From: Chthoniobacterales bacterium
Lineage (GTDB): Bacteria; Verrucomicrobiota; Verrucomicrobiia; Chthoniobacterales; JACTMZ01
Assembly (NCBI GenBank): GCA_049451035.1
Contig: JBMTVD010000002.1
Span: 1-53,783 of the forward strand
Direction: 5' to 3'
DNA: 53,783 bases
Notes under the pieces: generated by a model
Told to the model about the DNA's origin: nothing
The model's input: the letters and a program-made list of their open reading frames with translations, nothing else
Database searches by the model: none
Shown: positions 28,722 to 37,689 of the stretch, piece by piece
Numbering within the stretch: the stretch's first letter is position 1
Layout of the letters: each line of letters opens with the position of its first letter
Made by a program: the position numbers and the translations under genes

Positions 28722-29660
28722 TCAGTGTTCTCCCGCCTGGGTGATCTCGGCGAAAACGCGCTCCAAACTCACCTGCTCGCGTCCCAGTTCACGCAGCGCC
28801 CATTGGCGCCGGGCCGCCAGATGCGCCACCGCCTCGCGCGGATCGTGCTCGGCGTCGGTGCGCAGGGTGCACGCGCACCATCCGTCCCCGAGGTTCTCGA
28901 TCTCGGCTTTGCGCACGCCGGCCAGCGAGGAGAGTTCCTTGTCGAGGTCGGCGGAACCGGCGCGGATTTCCGCCCGCACCCCTCCCGCCGTGCGCACGCG
29001 CCCGGCCAGTGCCTCGGGAGTGTCGGAGGCGGCGATGCGCCCGCGGTCGATGATCAGCACCCGGCTGCAGGTCATCTCCACCTCGGGAAGGATGTGTGTC
29101 GAGAGGAGAATGGTGTGCCGTTTGCCCAGATCTTTGATGAGTTGGCGGACCTGCCGGATCTGGTTCGGGTCGAGGCCGATGGTTGGTTCGTCGAGGATGA
29201 GCAGGTCGGGGTCGTGCAAGAGGGCGTCGGCCAACCCCACGCGCTGGCGGTAGCCTTTGGAGAGGGCGCCGATCAATTTGCTTTCCACGTCGCGCAGACT
29301 GCACAGTTCTTTGACTGCATTGACGCGCTGGCGGTTGGTGCGGCCGCGGATGCCTTTGAGAGCCGCGCGGTATTCCAGGTATTCCTGCACCCTCATCTCG
29401 GGGTAGAGAGCCACGTTTTCCGGCATGTACCCGACCCGGGAGCGGACCTCGCGCGATTGGGTGGCCACATCGAAGCCGGCCACGCTGGCTTTCCCGCTCG
29501 TCGCCGGGAGAAAGCAGGAGAGGATCCGCATGGTCGTGCTTTTGCCCGCGCCGTTCGGACCGAGAAATCCGACAATCTCGCCCTTTTCGACGGTGAAACT
29601 CAGCGCGTCGATCGCGGTGGTGCCGGCGTATTTCTTGGTGAGTCCCTCGACCTTGATCAT
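28722..29660 (-). CDS. ABC transporter ATP-binding protein (GldA-like)
   Basis: ATG at 29660 gives MIKVEGLTKKYAG. Walker A is GPNGAGKST, the ABC signature is LSKGYRQR and Walker B is LLILDEPT. 312 aa. Confidence 0.92.
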   Translation of the reverse strand: MIKVEGLTKKYAGTTAIDALSFTVEKGEIVGFLGPNGAGKSTTMRILSCFLPATSGKASVAGFDVATQSREVRSRVGYMPENVALYPEMRVQEYLEYRAALKGIRGRTNRQRVNAVKELCSLRDVESKLIGALSKGYRQRVGLADALLHDPDLLILDEPTIGLDPNQIRQVRQLIKDLGKRHTILLSTHILPEVEMTCSRVLIIDRGRIAASDTPEALAGRVRTAGGVRAEIRAGSADLDKELSSLAGVRKAEIENLGDGWCACTLRTDAEHDPREAVAHLAARRQWALRELGREQVSLERVFAEITQAGEH

Positions 29661-29832
29661 GACAAGCCAACCCGGGGCCCTTGCGCGGGGCCGCGGGAAC
29701 GGGGATTTATGGCGTCCCCGCGTCCGGCTGGCAAGGCAAGCGCGCAGCCGGTAACAGAAAAAATCGTCCCGATTTTCCTCTCTTTGTTGCCAGAGAGACA
29801 ACTTCGGTGGATGGTACGGCCACGCATATTCA

Positions 29833-32604
29833 ATGAGTCAATCGGTGTCGGGAAACTGGAACTCGGAGCTGCTCGAGCAAAATTACGCGCGCTGGAAACA
29901 GGACACGGAGTCGGTCGGTCCGGAATGGAACGCTTTCTTCGAAGGCTTCGAACTCGGGTTGACGCAATCCGAGGAACTGGCCGAAGGCGCGCGCGCGGCC
30001 GCCCCGCAGGATGCCGCCCTTGAGCGGCGCGCCGACTCGCTGGCCTATTCCTACCGGACCCTGGGGCACACCATCGCGCGTCTCGATCCACTCAAGCCGC
30101 AGCCCCCGGACAATCCGCTCCTGACCCTCAAAGCGATCGGATTCACCGACAGCGACCTCGAGCGCACTGTCAGTTCGAAATATTTCCGCGACGGCAAGCC
30201 GATGCTATTGCGCGAGATGCTGGCCGAGCTTCGCTCGATCTACAGCGACACCATCGGCGCGGAATTCATGCACATCCAGGACCCGCGGGTGCGCAACTGG
30301 ATCCGCGAGCGCATCGAGAACCGCGGCAACGGCACGCGCACGGACGGCTCGCTGCACCGCGCGGTGCTCCGCCAACTTTACGAAGCGGAGACCTTCGAGC
30401 ACTTTTTGCACACGCGTTACGTCGGGCAGAAGCGTTTCTCCCTCGAGGGCGCGGAGTCGCTGCTCGTCATTCTCGACACCATTCTCCAGCGCTGCGAGCC
30501 GTGCGGGGTCAAAGAAATCGTCATGGGCATGGCTCACCGCGGGCGTCTCAACATCCTGGCCAACTTCCTCAACAAACCGCTCACGCTGATCTTCAACGAG
30601 TTTTCCGAGAACTACATCCCGGACATCGTCGGCGGAAACGGCGATGTGAAATACCATCTGGGCTATCTCGCCGAGAGGGAGACCGCCACGGGTTACAAGG
30701 TCGGCGTGCGCCTGGCGCCGAATCCGAGCCATCTTGAAGCCGTCGACCCGGTGGTCGAGGGCATGGCGCGCGCCCGCCAACGCCTGCTCGGCGACATGGA
30801 CAAGCGCAGCGGCGTGCTTCCCGTGCTCATCCACGGCGACGCCGCCTTCGCCGGTCAGGGGATCGTGGCCGAGGTCTTCCAGATGTCGCAGCTTCCCGGT
30901 TACCGCACCGGCGGAACCCTGCACATCATCGTCAACAACCAGATCGGGTTCACCACTTTGCCGGCCGACGGTCGCTCTTCGCCCTACCCGACCGATGTGG
31001 CCAAGATGGTCGATGCGCCTATTTTCCACGTCAACGGAGAAGACCCGTTGGCCGTGGTCAACGTCGCGCAGATCGCCTTGGACTTCCGGCAGGAATTCGG
31101 GCGTGACGTGGTCATCGACCTTTATTGCTACCGCCGCCACGGCCACAACGAAGGCGACGAACCGACCTTCACGCAGCCGCATCTTTACAGCACCATCCAG
31201 AAGCATCCGCTGGCCAGCGAGACCTTCGTCAAAGAACTCGCCGCACTCGGCACGCTGACCGAGGCGGAAGCCGCGCAGGTCAAAGCCGAAGCGGCCCGCG
31301 ATCTCGAGGAAGCCTTCGACATCGTCAAGAAGAGCGAAAGCGAGCGGCAGGAAGGCGGCCGCTTCGCCGGTTCCACGGCGGTTTTCCAGCCGCCCTACTC
31401 CTACGAACCGGTGCAGACCAAGATCCCGGAGACGATGCTCAAGGAAATCGTCGAGGGGCTTTGCCGCGTGCCGGAAGACTTTCACCTGCTGCCCAAGGTG
31501 CGGCGCATGCTCATCGACCGGCGTTTGGAGATACTCCGCGAGGGCGGCCCCTACGACTGGGCGTTTTCCGAGGCGCTCGCTTTCGGTTCGCTGCTCGTCG
31601 AGGGGACGCCGGTGCGTTTGTCGGGGCAGGATTGCCGTCGCGGAACTTTCAGCCAGCGACATGCCGTTTTTTACGACGCGGAAAGCGGCGGGGGCGCGCC
31701 GAGCGAGACCCATTTCTCCGTCGGGTACATTCCCCTCAATCACCTCCAAGCCGACCAGGCCAGGCTTTGCATCTACAACAGCCTGCTCAGCGAGGCGGCC
31801 GTGCTCGGTTTCGACTACGGCTACTCGCTCGATTACCCCTCCATGCTCTGCATGTGGGAGGCCCAGTTCGGTGATTTCGCCAATGGCGCGCAGGTCATCA
31901 TCGACCAATTCATCGCCTCGGCCGAATCGAAATGGCAGCGGCCCAGTTCGCTCGTCATGCTGCTGCCCCACGGTTACGAGGGGCAGGGGCCCGAACACTC
32001 CAGCGCGCGTCTCGAGCGTTTCCTGCAGTTGTGCGCCGACAACAACATGCAGATCTGCAACCTGACCACTCCCGCGCAGTATTTTCATGCACTGCGGCGC
32101 CAGATCCACCGTGATTACCGCAAGCCTCTCGTCATCATGACGCCGAAGAGCCTGCTGCGCCATCCGCAGGCGGTGTCGCGCGCCACCGATTTCACCAACG
32201 GACGCTTTTACGCCATCCTGGCCGATCCTCTGCCGCCCGATCCCACGCCCGTCACGCGCATGATCCTTTGCTCCGGCAAAGTCTACTACGACCTCAAAGC
32301 GGAGCAGGAGAAACGGGGCGCAACCGACTCGACCATTCTCCGCGTCGAGCAGATTTACCCTTTGCACGTCGAAAAAATCAAACGCATCGCCAGCGCCTGC
32401 CCGAACCTCAAACGCGTGGTCTGGTGCCAGGAAGAACCGCAGAACATGGGTGCGTGGTTCTTCATGCAGCCGCGCCTGCGCGAACTGCTCGGACACAACA
32501 TCTCGTACGCCGGCCGTCCGGAGAGCCCGAGTTCGGCCGTCGGGTCCCTGGCCGTCCACCGTCTGCAACAGGCGGAACTCGTCAACCGAGCTTTCGAGGT
32601 GTAG
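29833..32604 (+). CDS. sucA: 2-oxoglutarate dehydrogenase E1 component
   Basis: 923 aa. The N-terminus (NSELLEQNYARWKQD) and many other segments are co-linear with SucA/OdhA, for example MGMAHRGRLNILAN, IHGDAAFAGQG and LPHGYEGQGPEHSSARLERFLQL. Confidence 0.95.
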   Translation: MSQSVSGNWNSELLEQNYARWKQDTESVGPEWNAFFEGFELGLTQSEELAEGARAAAPQDAALERRADSLAYSYRTLGHTIARLDPLKPQPPDNPLLTLKAIGFTDSDLERTVSSKYFRDGKPMLLREMLAELRSIYSDTIGAEFMHIQDPRVRNWIRERIENRGNGTRTDGSLHRAVLRQLYEAETFEHFLHTRYVGQKRFSLEGAESLLVILDTILQRCEPCGVKEIVMGMAHRGRLNILANFLNKPLTLIFNEFSENYIPDIVGGNGDVKYHLGYLAERETATGYKVGVRLAPNPSHLEAVDPVVEGMARARQRLLGDMDKRSGVLPVLIHGDAAFAGQGIVAEVFQMSQLPGYRTGGTLHIIVNNQIGFTTLPADGRSSPYPTDVAKMVDAPIFHVNGEDPLAVVNVAQIALDFRQEFGRDVVIDLYCYRRHGHNEGDEPTFTQPHLYSTIQKHPLASETFVKELAALGTLTEAEAAQVKAEAARDLEEAFDIVKKSESERQEGGRFAGSTAVFQPPYSYEPVQTKIPETMLKEIVEGLCRVPEDFHLLPKVRRMLIDRRLEILREGGPYDWAFSEALAFGSLLVEGTPVRLSGQDCRRGTFSQRHAVFYDAESGGGAPSETHFSVGYIPLNHLQADQARLCIYNSLLSEAAVLGFDYGYSLDYPSMLCMWEAQFGDFANGAQVIIDQFIASAESKWQRPSSLVMLLPHGYEGQGPEHSSARLERFLQLCADNNMQICNLTTPAQYFHALRRQIHRDYRKPLVIMTPKSLLRHPQAVSRATDFTNGRFYAILADPLPPDPTPVTRMILCSGKVYYDLKAEQEKRGATDSTILRVEQIYPLHVEKIKRIASACPNLKRVVWCQEEPQNMGAWFFMQPRLRELLGHNISYAGRPESPSSAVGSLAVHRLQQAELVNRAFEV

Positions 32605-32617
32605 ACACGGCGGGTAA

Positions 32618-33712
32618 ATGGGCAAAACGGACATCAAAGTCCCCGCCGTCGGGGAATCGATTTCTTCGGGAATTATCTCCCTGTGGCACCGCCAGGACGG
32701 GGAATACGTGCGCGAGGGGGACGTGCTTTTCACGCTGGATACCGACAAAGTTTCCACCGAGGTGGCCGCGCCGGCCGCCGGCGTGGTGCGGGTGGCCGTG
32801 CCTGCCGACAGCGAGGTGAAGATCGGCGAGGTGGTCGGGTGCATCGAGGATGCCCCGGCTCCGCCCGTCTCCGTTTCCGCGGGGCCACCGCCGGCGAAGG
32901 CACCGCCCGCGGCGACCCCGTCCGCCCCGGCACCCGAACCCGCCGCGGTTGTCGCGCCGGCGCCCGCCGCCGTGCCCGCCGCGCCGGTCCAGTTGGAAGC
33001 GCAGGACCGCCGCGTCACGCGCAAAAAGCTTTCGCCGCTGCGCAAAAAAATTTCCACGCAGCTGATTGCCGCGCAGCGCAACGCCGCCATTCTCACCACG
33101 TTCAACGAGTGCGACATGTCGGCCCTCATGCGCTTTCGTTCGGAAATCCAGGAAACTTTCCAGACGAAATTCGGGGTCAAGCTGGGCTTCATGTCGTTCT
33201 TCATCAAAGCCGTTGTCGATGCGCTGCAAAGCGAGCCGCAGCTCAACTCGCGGCTCGACGGCGACGAGCTCGTGCAAAACCATTTCTACGACATCGGCGT
33301 GGCCGTCGGTACCGAGCGCGGTCTCATCGTGCCGGTGATCCGCGACGCGGACCGCAAAACTTTTCCCGAACTGGAAAACGACCTGCTTTACTACGCGAAC
33401 AAAGCGCGGGAGGGGGGCATCACCATCGAGGATCTGCAGGGCGGTGTCTTCACCATCTCCAACGGCGGCGTCTACGGTTCGCTGATGAGCACGCCGATCC
33501 TGAATCCGCCGCAGAGCGGCATCCTCGGGATGCACAAAATCCAGGAGCGGCCCGTCGCGGTCGATGGCAAGGTCGTCATTCGCCCCATGATGTACCTTGC
33601 CCTGAGCTACGATCATCGCGTGGTCGACGGCAAAGAGGCGGTGACTTTTCTCGTGCGTGTCAAAGACGCGATCGAGAATCCGCTACGCCTTTTTGTCGCT
33701 TCCCAGCCATGA
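32618..33712 (+). CDS. sucB: Dihydrolipoyllysine-residue succinyltransferase (E2 of the 2-oxoglutarate dehydrogenase complex)
   Basis: The domains run lipoyl domain (lipoyl-lysine context [10 protein letters not shown]), Ala/Pro-rich linker, then catalytic domain with the SYDHRVVDG active-site motif. 364 aa. Confidence 0.93.
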   Translation: MGKTDIKVPAVGESISSGIISLWHRQDGEYVREGDVLFTLDTDKVSTEVAAPAAGVVRVAVPADSEVKIGEVVGCIEDAPAPPVSVSAGPPPAKAPPAATPSAPAPEPAAVVAPAPAAVPAAPVQLEAQDRRVTRKKLSPLRKKISTQLIAAQRNAAILTTFNECDMSALMRFRSEIQETFQTKFGVKLGFMSFFIKAVVDALQSEPQLNSRLDGDELVQNHFYDIGVAVGTERGLIVPVIRDADRKTFPELENDLLYYANKAREGGITIEDLQGGVFTISNGGVYGSLMSTPILNPPQSGILGMHKIQERPVAVDGKVVIRPMMYLALSYDHRVVDGKEAVTFLVRVKDAIENPLRLFVASQP

Positions 33713-34353
33713 GGTTGCTGCCTTTCCTGCTGGTTCTCGCGGCTTGGCCGCTGCGGGCGCAGGAGGCGGCTGCTCCCGACCCGCTCGTCGCGCAGCACCG
33801 GCTGGCGGCGATTCTCCGCGAGGCCACGGCGGACTACGCTCGCGGCGATTACCAGGGTGCGGTGGCGAAACTCGACACGGTGGATGGTCCGGCGGCGGGG
33901 GATCTCGGTGTTCTCAACCTGCGGGCGGCCGCCTTGACCAAAGCCGGGGATTACGGGCAGGCCGCGGAGATTTTTGCCGCGATCGTCCGGGCCAATCCGG
34001 CTTATTTTCCCGCGGCTTTCAACGCCGGCGAGGTGCAATTTCTTTCCGGTGACCGCGAAGGAGCACTCGAGACTTTCCGCCGCTTGCGGCAGCGCGACCC
34101 GGGCAACGAACTGCTGCGCTTCAAGGTTTTCCTGTGTCAGCATGTGCTGGGGCGCCGCGAAGAGGCGGCCAAGACGGCGAGCGCCATGCACTCGGCAGGC
34201 AGCACGCCGGCGTGGTATTACACGCAGGCGCTCTTGGCGCGGAGCGCGGGCGACGAGGGTCGGGCCCGCAAAAATCTCCGGGCGGCCCGTTCGCTTTACG
34301 GCGAGGATGGCTGCCGGCTTTTTGACGAGTCGGTTGCCTCGGCGGGGCCGTGA
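33709..34353 (+). CDS. Secreted TPR-repeat protein
   Basis: ATG at 33709 overlaps the sucB stop (ATGA). A signal peptide is present ([19 protein letters not shown]). The body has TPR-like helical repeats ([29 protein letters not shown]). 214 aa. Confidence 0.7.
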   Translation: MRLLPFLLVLAAWPLRAQEAAAPDPLVAQHRLAAILREATADYARGDYQGAVAKLDTVDGPAAGDLGVLNLRAAALTKAGDYGQAAEIFAAIVRANPAYFPAAFNAGEVQFLSGDREGALETFRRLRQRDPGNELLRFKVFLCQHVLGRREEAAKTASAMHSAGSTPAWYYTQALLARSAGDEGRARKNLRAARSLYGEDGCRLFDESVASAGP

Positions 34354-34359
34354 GCCGGT

Positions 34360-34965
34360 TCAGGGCGCCGTGAGCTTTTGGCGCCGTGCTTTGTAGTATT
34401 CGTAGCGATTGCGCACCGCGGCCACGTAGGCGCGGGTGCTCGCGATGTCCATCGCCGCGGCGAGTTCCTCCGCGCTGATGTTCGCGCCGCCCGACCAGCG
34501 CGTCACGCGACTGCGTCCCGCGTTGTATTCGCCGAGGGCGAAGGGCAGGGGATCCTCCTGCCCGGACCAATGCTTGAGCGCCTGCGCGAGGTACCATGTC
34601 CCCACCTCGACGTTCGTCTGCGGATCGAGCAGGTCCTCCGGGACGAAAGTCTCCACGCCCAGCGCTTGCACCCAATCCTGCGCCGCGGGCTCGGTCACCT
34701 GCATGAGGCCGCGTTCGCCGTGGGCGCCGAGCTTGCCCGGGTGGAAACGGCTCTCCTGCCAGACGACGGCTTTGACCAGCAAGGGATCGACGCCATGGCG
34801 TGCCGCCGCGGCGGCCAAGAGCGCGTCATGCGAGTCATAGCGTCCGCCGCTCGCCAGCTCGGAAAGGCGGTAGGCCGGATCGTCGGCCACGATCCAGAAG
34901 GCACCCGCCGCCATCAACAGCACGACCGCGATGCAACCCAGGATGTAGACGCGCCGTCCGGACAT
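34360..34965 (-). CDS. Lytic transglycosylase (SLT domain), membrane anchored
   Basis: ATG at 34965 gives MSGRRVYILGCIAVVLLMAAGAFW, a TM anchor. The SLT motifs are VWQESRF (catalytic Glu), GLMQV and EYNAG. Confidence 0.8.
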   Translation of the reverse strand: MSGRRVYILGCIAVVLLMAAGAFWIVADDPAYRLSELASGGRYDSHDALLAAAAARHGVDPLLVKAVVWQESRFHPGKLGAHGERGLMQVTEPAAQDWVQALGVETFVPEDLLDPQTNVEVGTWYLAQALKHWSGQEDPLPFALGEYNAGRSRVTRWSGGANISAEELAAAMDIASTRAYVAAVRNRYEYYKARRQKLTAP

Positions 34966-34996
34966 CAGGCGACGATAGCCGCCGGTGTGCGCCGCG

Positions 34997-36568
34997 TCAT
35001 CGCCAAAGCGCGGCGTAGCCCTCGGCGAAGCGTTCGCCGGCTTCCGTGTCGGGCAGGATTTCCACGATGCGCGGCCCTTCCGTCGGCCACGGCTCGGCGG
35101 GCGTGCGCATCTGGCCGTAGTGCCAGCCGAACATGTCGGCCCATCCGCGCAGGCGCAGCGAGTGTGCGTTGAGGAAGGCCGAACGACCGAACATGCGCCG
35201 GAAAATTTGGCCTCCGCCATTGTTCAGCACCGCGATGGTGATATCCGCGGCGTCCAGTTGCGGAGCGATCCACAGTCCCGCCAGGTCGTAGAGGGCGGAG
35301 AGATCGCCGATCAGCGCGGCAGCCGGACGTTCTGCACCGGCCAGGCCGAGCGCGCCGGAGACCAGTCCGTCGATCCCGTTGACTCCGCGGTTGGCGTAGA
35401 AAGTGCGCGCGGAGGCCGAACGCGGCGCGGCGAGGTCCCATTCGCGAATGGCCAGGCTGTTGCCGAGAAGAAGGCGCGCGTCCGCGGCGAATTTTTCCGC
35501 TGTCGCCCGGACCAAGGCCGCTTCGCTGTGCGGTTCCGCGGCGAGCAGCGCGACCGTGGCGGCGGCGATCCTGCGGTCGCGGGCGAACAGAGCCTTGTTG
35601 TCGCCACCCGGGGGAACGACTTCGGCGAATTCCGGAAAAAACCTGATGGGCAAGACCGGCGCTTGGCGGGCCAATCCGGGAAAGGCCGTGCGTGCCACAT
35701 GCAAGACGGGGCGGGGATCTTCCTCCAAGTCCCGCCAGAAACGCGGGGTGGGAACGCCGCCGATGCGCAGGATCCCGTCGCAGGCCGCGCGGCACTCCGG
35801 GACCGAGAGAATCCTTTCGCCCGAATGCAGTGAGAATTCCTGCAGGTTGCGGTGGTGGCGGAGCTGCGAGACAGCCTCGAGATAAAGCGGACTGGATAGC
35901 GAGGCCAGCCATGGCTCCACCGTGCGTGCTTCGGCCTCGGTCAGCGACGAGACAATAACCAAAGGATTGCGCACGCGTCCGAAGAAATCCTCCCAATGCC
36001 GTCGGGCGATTTGACCGGTCATCCAAGGAACGGGGCTTTGCGGCACCCCCGTCCGGGAGGGCGACAGAACCACCGGTTCGGCGGACAGCGGTTCGTCGAA
36101 GCAGACGTTGAGATGGACTGCTCCGGGCGGAAGGGAAGTGATCTGACCCGGGGTGTCGGCGTCGACGACGGGAATGCCGCAGGCCGCGAAGATCGGGAGC
36201 TGATCGATGGTCTGCGGCGCGCCGGTGCCGCGGAGGCGGCGCGGCCGGTCCGCCGTCACCGCGACGAGCGGCCAACCGGCATGCACCGCTTCGAGCATGG
36301 CCGGCAGCATCTCGGCCGCCGCGGTGCCGGAGGTGGTGATCACCGCCGCCGGAGCCTCGTCGCGTCTGATGCGACCGAGGGCAAAAAAAGCCGCGCTGCG
36401 TTCCTCGAAAAAATTCAGCACCTCGAAGGATCCGCGCGCCGCATCGGCGGCCGCGACCAGCGGCGCGTTGCGACCGCCGGGACAGACCACCAGCGTCCGC
36501 ACGCCCGCCGCCCGCAGGACGGCGAGCACCTCCGCGGCAAGGATGGCGTTCGCGTCGGTCGCGCTCAA
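34997..36568 (-). CDS. menD: 2-succinyl-5-enolpyruvyl-6-hydroxy-3-cyclohexene-1-carboxylate synthase (menaquinone biosynthesis)
   Basis: A ThDP enzyme, with TTSGTAAAEMLPA and GDLSALYD...LNNGGGQIF motifs. I propose a TTG start at 36568, overlapping the menF stop in a TTGA arrangement. That gives (M)SATDANAILAAEVLAVLRAAGVRTLVVCPGGRNAPL, which is co-linear with my recollection of the E. coli MenD N-terminus. The alternative ATG at 36688 would overlap menF by 124 nt. Confidence 0.85.
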   Translation of the reverse strand: MSATDANAILAAEVLAVLRAAGVRTLVVCPGGRNAPLVAAADAARGSFEVLNFFEERSAAFFALGRIRRDEAPAAVITTSGTAAAEMLPAMLEAVHAGWPLVAVTADRPRRLRGTGAPQTIDQLPIFAACGIPVVDADTPGQITSLPPGAVHLNVCFDEPLSAEPVVLSPSRTGVPQSPVPWMTGQIARRHWEDFFGRVRNPLVIVSSLTEAEARTVEPWLASLSSPLYLEAVSQLRHHRNLQEFSLHSGERILSVPECRAACDGILRIGGVPTPRFWRDLEEDPRPVLHVARTAFPGLARQAPVLPIRFFPEFAEVVPPGGDNKALFARDRRIAAATVALLAAEPHSEAALVRATAEKFAADARLLLGNSLAIREWDLAAPRSASARTFYANRGVNGIDGLVSGALGLAGAERPAAALIGDLSALYDLAGLWIAPQLDAADITIAVLNNGGGQIFRRMFGRSAFLNAHSLRLRGWADMFGWHYGQMRTPAEPWPTEGPRIVEILPDTEAGERFAEGYAALWR

Positions 36569-37647
36569 AGTCCCAGATTGCCGCGGGTGGCGGAAAGTTT
36601 CAGCCGCAGTTCCGCGGTTTCGCGCGCGAGGTCGCTGCCCGGGACCAATCCGCACCCCGCGCCGCAGCGCGTTGCTGCCCGGTCCCATTGCACGCCGCGG
36701 ATGGCGACCAGGCAGCGCGATCGCCCGCCCGGCAGGGCGAGGCCGAAGGGAGCGGCGAAGTATCCTCGCGGGGCGCCGTCGATCGCGGACAGCAACCGGC
36801 GCCAGTCACCGCGCGGCGCGATACCCACGGCCGGCGTGGGATGCAGGCGCGCCACCAACCCCCGGAAGTCCTCCCGCTTTTCCGGGGCGACGCGCAGGTC
36901 CGTGCGCAGGTGGGACAGCATGCCGATGCGCCAGAGGCGGGTTGCTCCCCGCGTGACACGTCCGAGCGGCGCGAGTTGCGCGGCCACATCCTCGAGCACC
37001 AGACGGTGTTCCTCGCGTTCCTTGGGGTCTTCCATCATCACTTCGGGCATGATGCCGGAGCGCGCCGTGCCCGCCACGGCCACGGTGTGGATTTCGATGC
37101 CATCGTCCTCGAAAAGCAGCTCGGGCGATGCGCCGAGCGCCCCGCCCCGCTCGTCCCAGAATCCGTAGGGCATCAATCCCGCAGGCAGGTTGGCCGCATG
37201 GCGCAGGGCGCGCGCGCGCTCGCCGGCTCCGAGCATCCCGGGACTCGTTTCGAAAACGGCGGGCACCGCCTTTGCCAGGAGGTCGCGGCCGAACTCAGCG
37301 GTCACCCTGTCGAAAGCGGCGGCAAAGGATGTCTCGTCGAACGGTGCCCAGTGCCGCGTGCTGTCGCGGGTTTGCAGCATCTGCGCAAGGCCGTCGGGCG
37401 ATACGGCCGCGGCCTCCGGATAAATGCGCCAGGGCCTTTCCTCGCGCAGGAAAAAGTCCGGCGCGTAAAAGGAGGGGCGCGCGGGGTCGGGGCGTTCCCC
37501 GCGCTCGGCCTCTCCCCAAGCGACAATCCAGCAGTCTTCGGACCATGCCATGACGGCGCCGCGGTCGAGGAAGGCGCGGATTTGCGCGGGTTCCGGCAGC
37601 GTGGTGCGGATGTGCTGCCAGGCGGCGATTTCCGGCGCGGTTTTCAT
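36565..37647 (-). CDS. menF: Isochorismate synthase (chorismate-binding enzyme, short form)
   Basis: 360 aa. The C-terminal chorismate-binding core has GASPELLF, VAGTARSG, LHPTPAVGIAP and YFAAPFG segments. It lies immediately upstream of menD. Confidence 0.85.
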   Translation of the reverse strand: MKTAPEIAAWQHIRTTLPEPAQIRAFLDRGAVMAWSEDCWIVAWGEAERGERPDPARPSFYAPDFFLREERPWRIYPEAAAVSPDGLAQMLQTRDSTRHWAPFDETSFAAAFDRVTAEFGRDLLAKAVPAVFETSPGMLGAGERARALRHAANLPAGLMPYGFWDERGGALGASPELLFEDDGIEIHTVAVAGTARSGIMPEVMMEDPKEREEHRLVLEDVAAQLAPLGRVTRGATRLWRIGMLSHLRTDLRVAPEKREDFRGLVARLHPTPAVGIAPRGDWRRLLSAIDGAPRGYFAAPFGLALPGGRSRCLVAIRGVQWDRAATRCGAGCGLVPGSDLARETAELRLKLSATRGNLGL

Positions 37648-37689
37648 CGTGCTGAGTTACGCCCCGCCGGGGCCGGGGGATTCGCGGGC

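Noticed and set aside
25114-29660. Calling the ABC/GldG/DUF4340 module a gliding-motility system.
   Set aside because: The Gld names come from Bacteroidetes genetics. No other gliding or T9SS components are visible in this window, and homologous modules occur in organisms not known to glide. Only the generic annotation, an ABC transporter with GldG-like and DUF4340 accessory proteins, is supported.
37648-37689. GC-rich imperfect stem (CCCCG...CGGGG) downstream of the DUF2934 gene, as an intrinsic terminator.
   Set aside because: The stem is short and imperfect. On the minus strand it is followed by TAACTCAGC rather than a U-tract.
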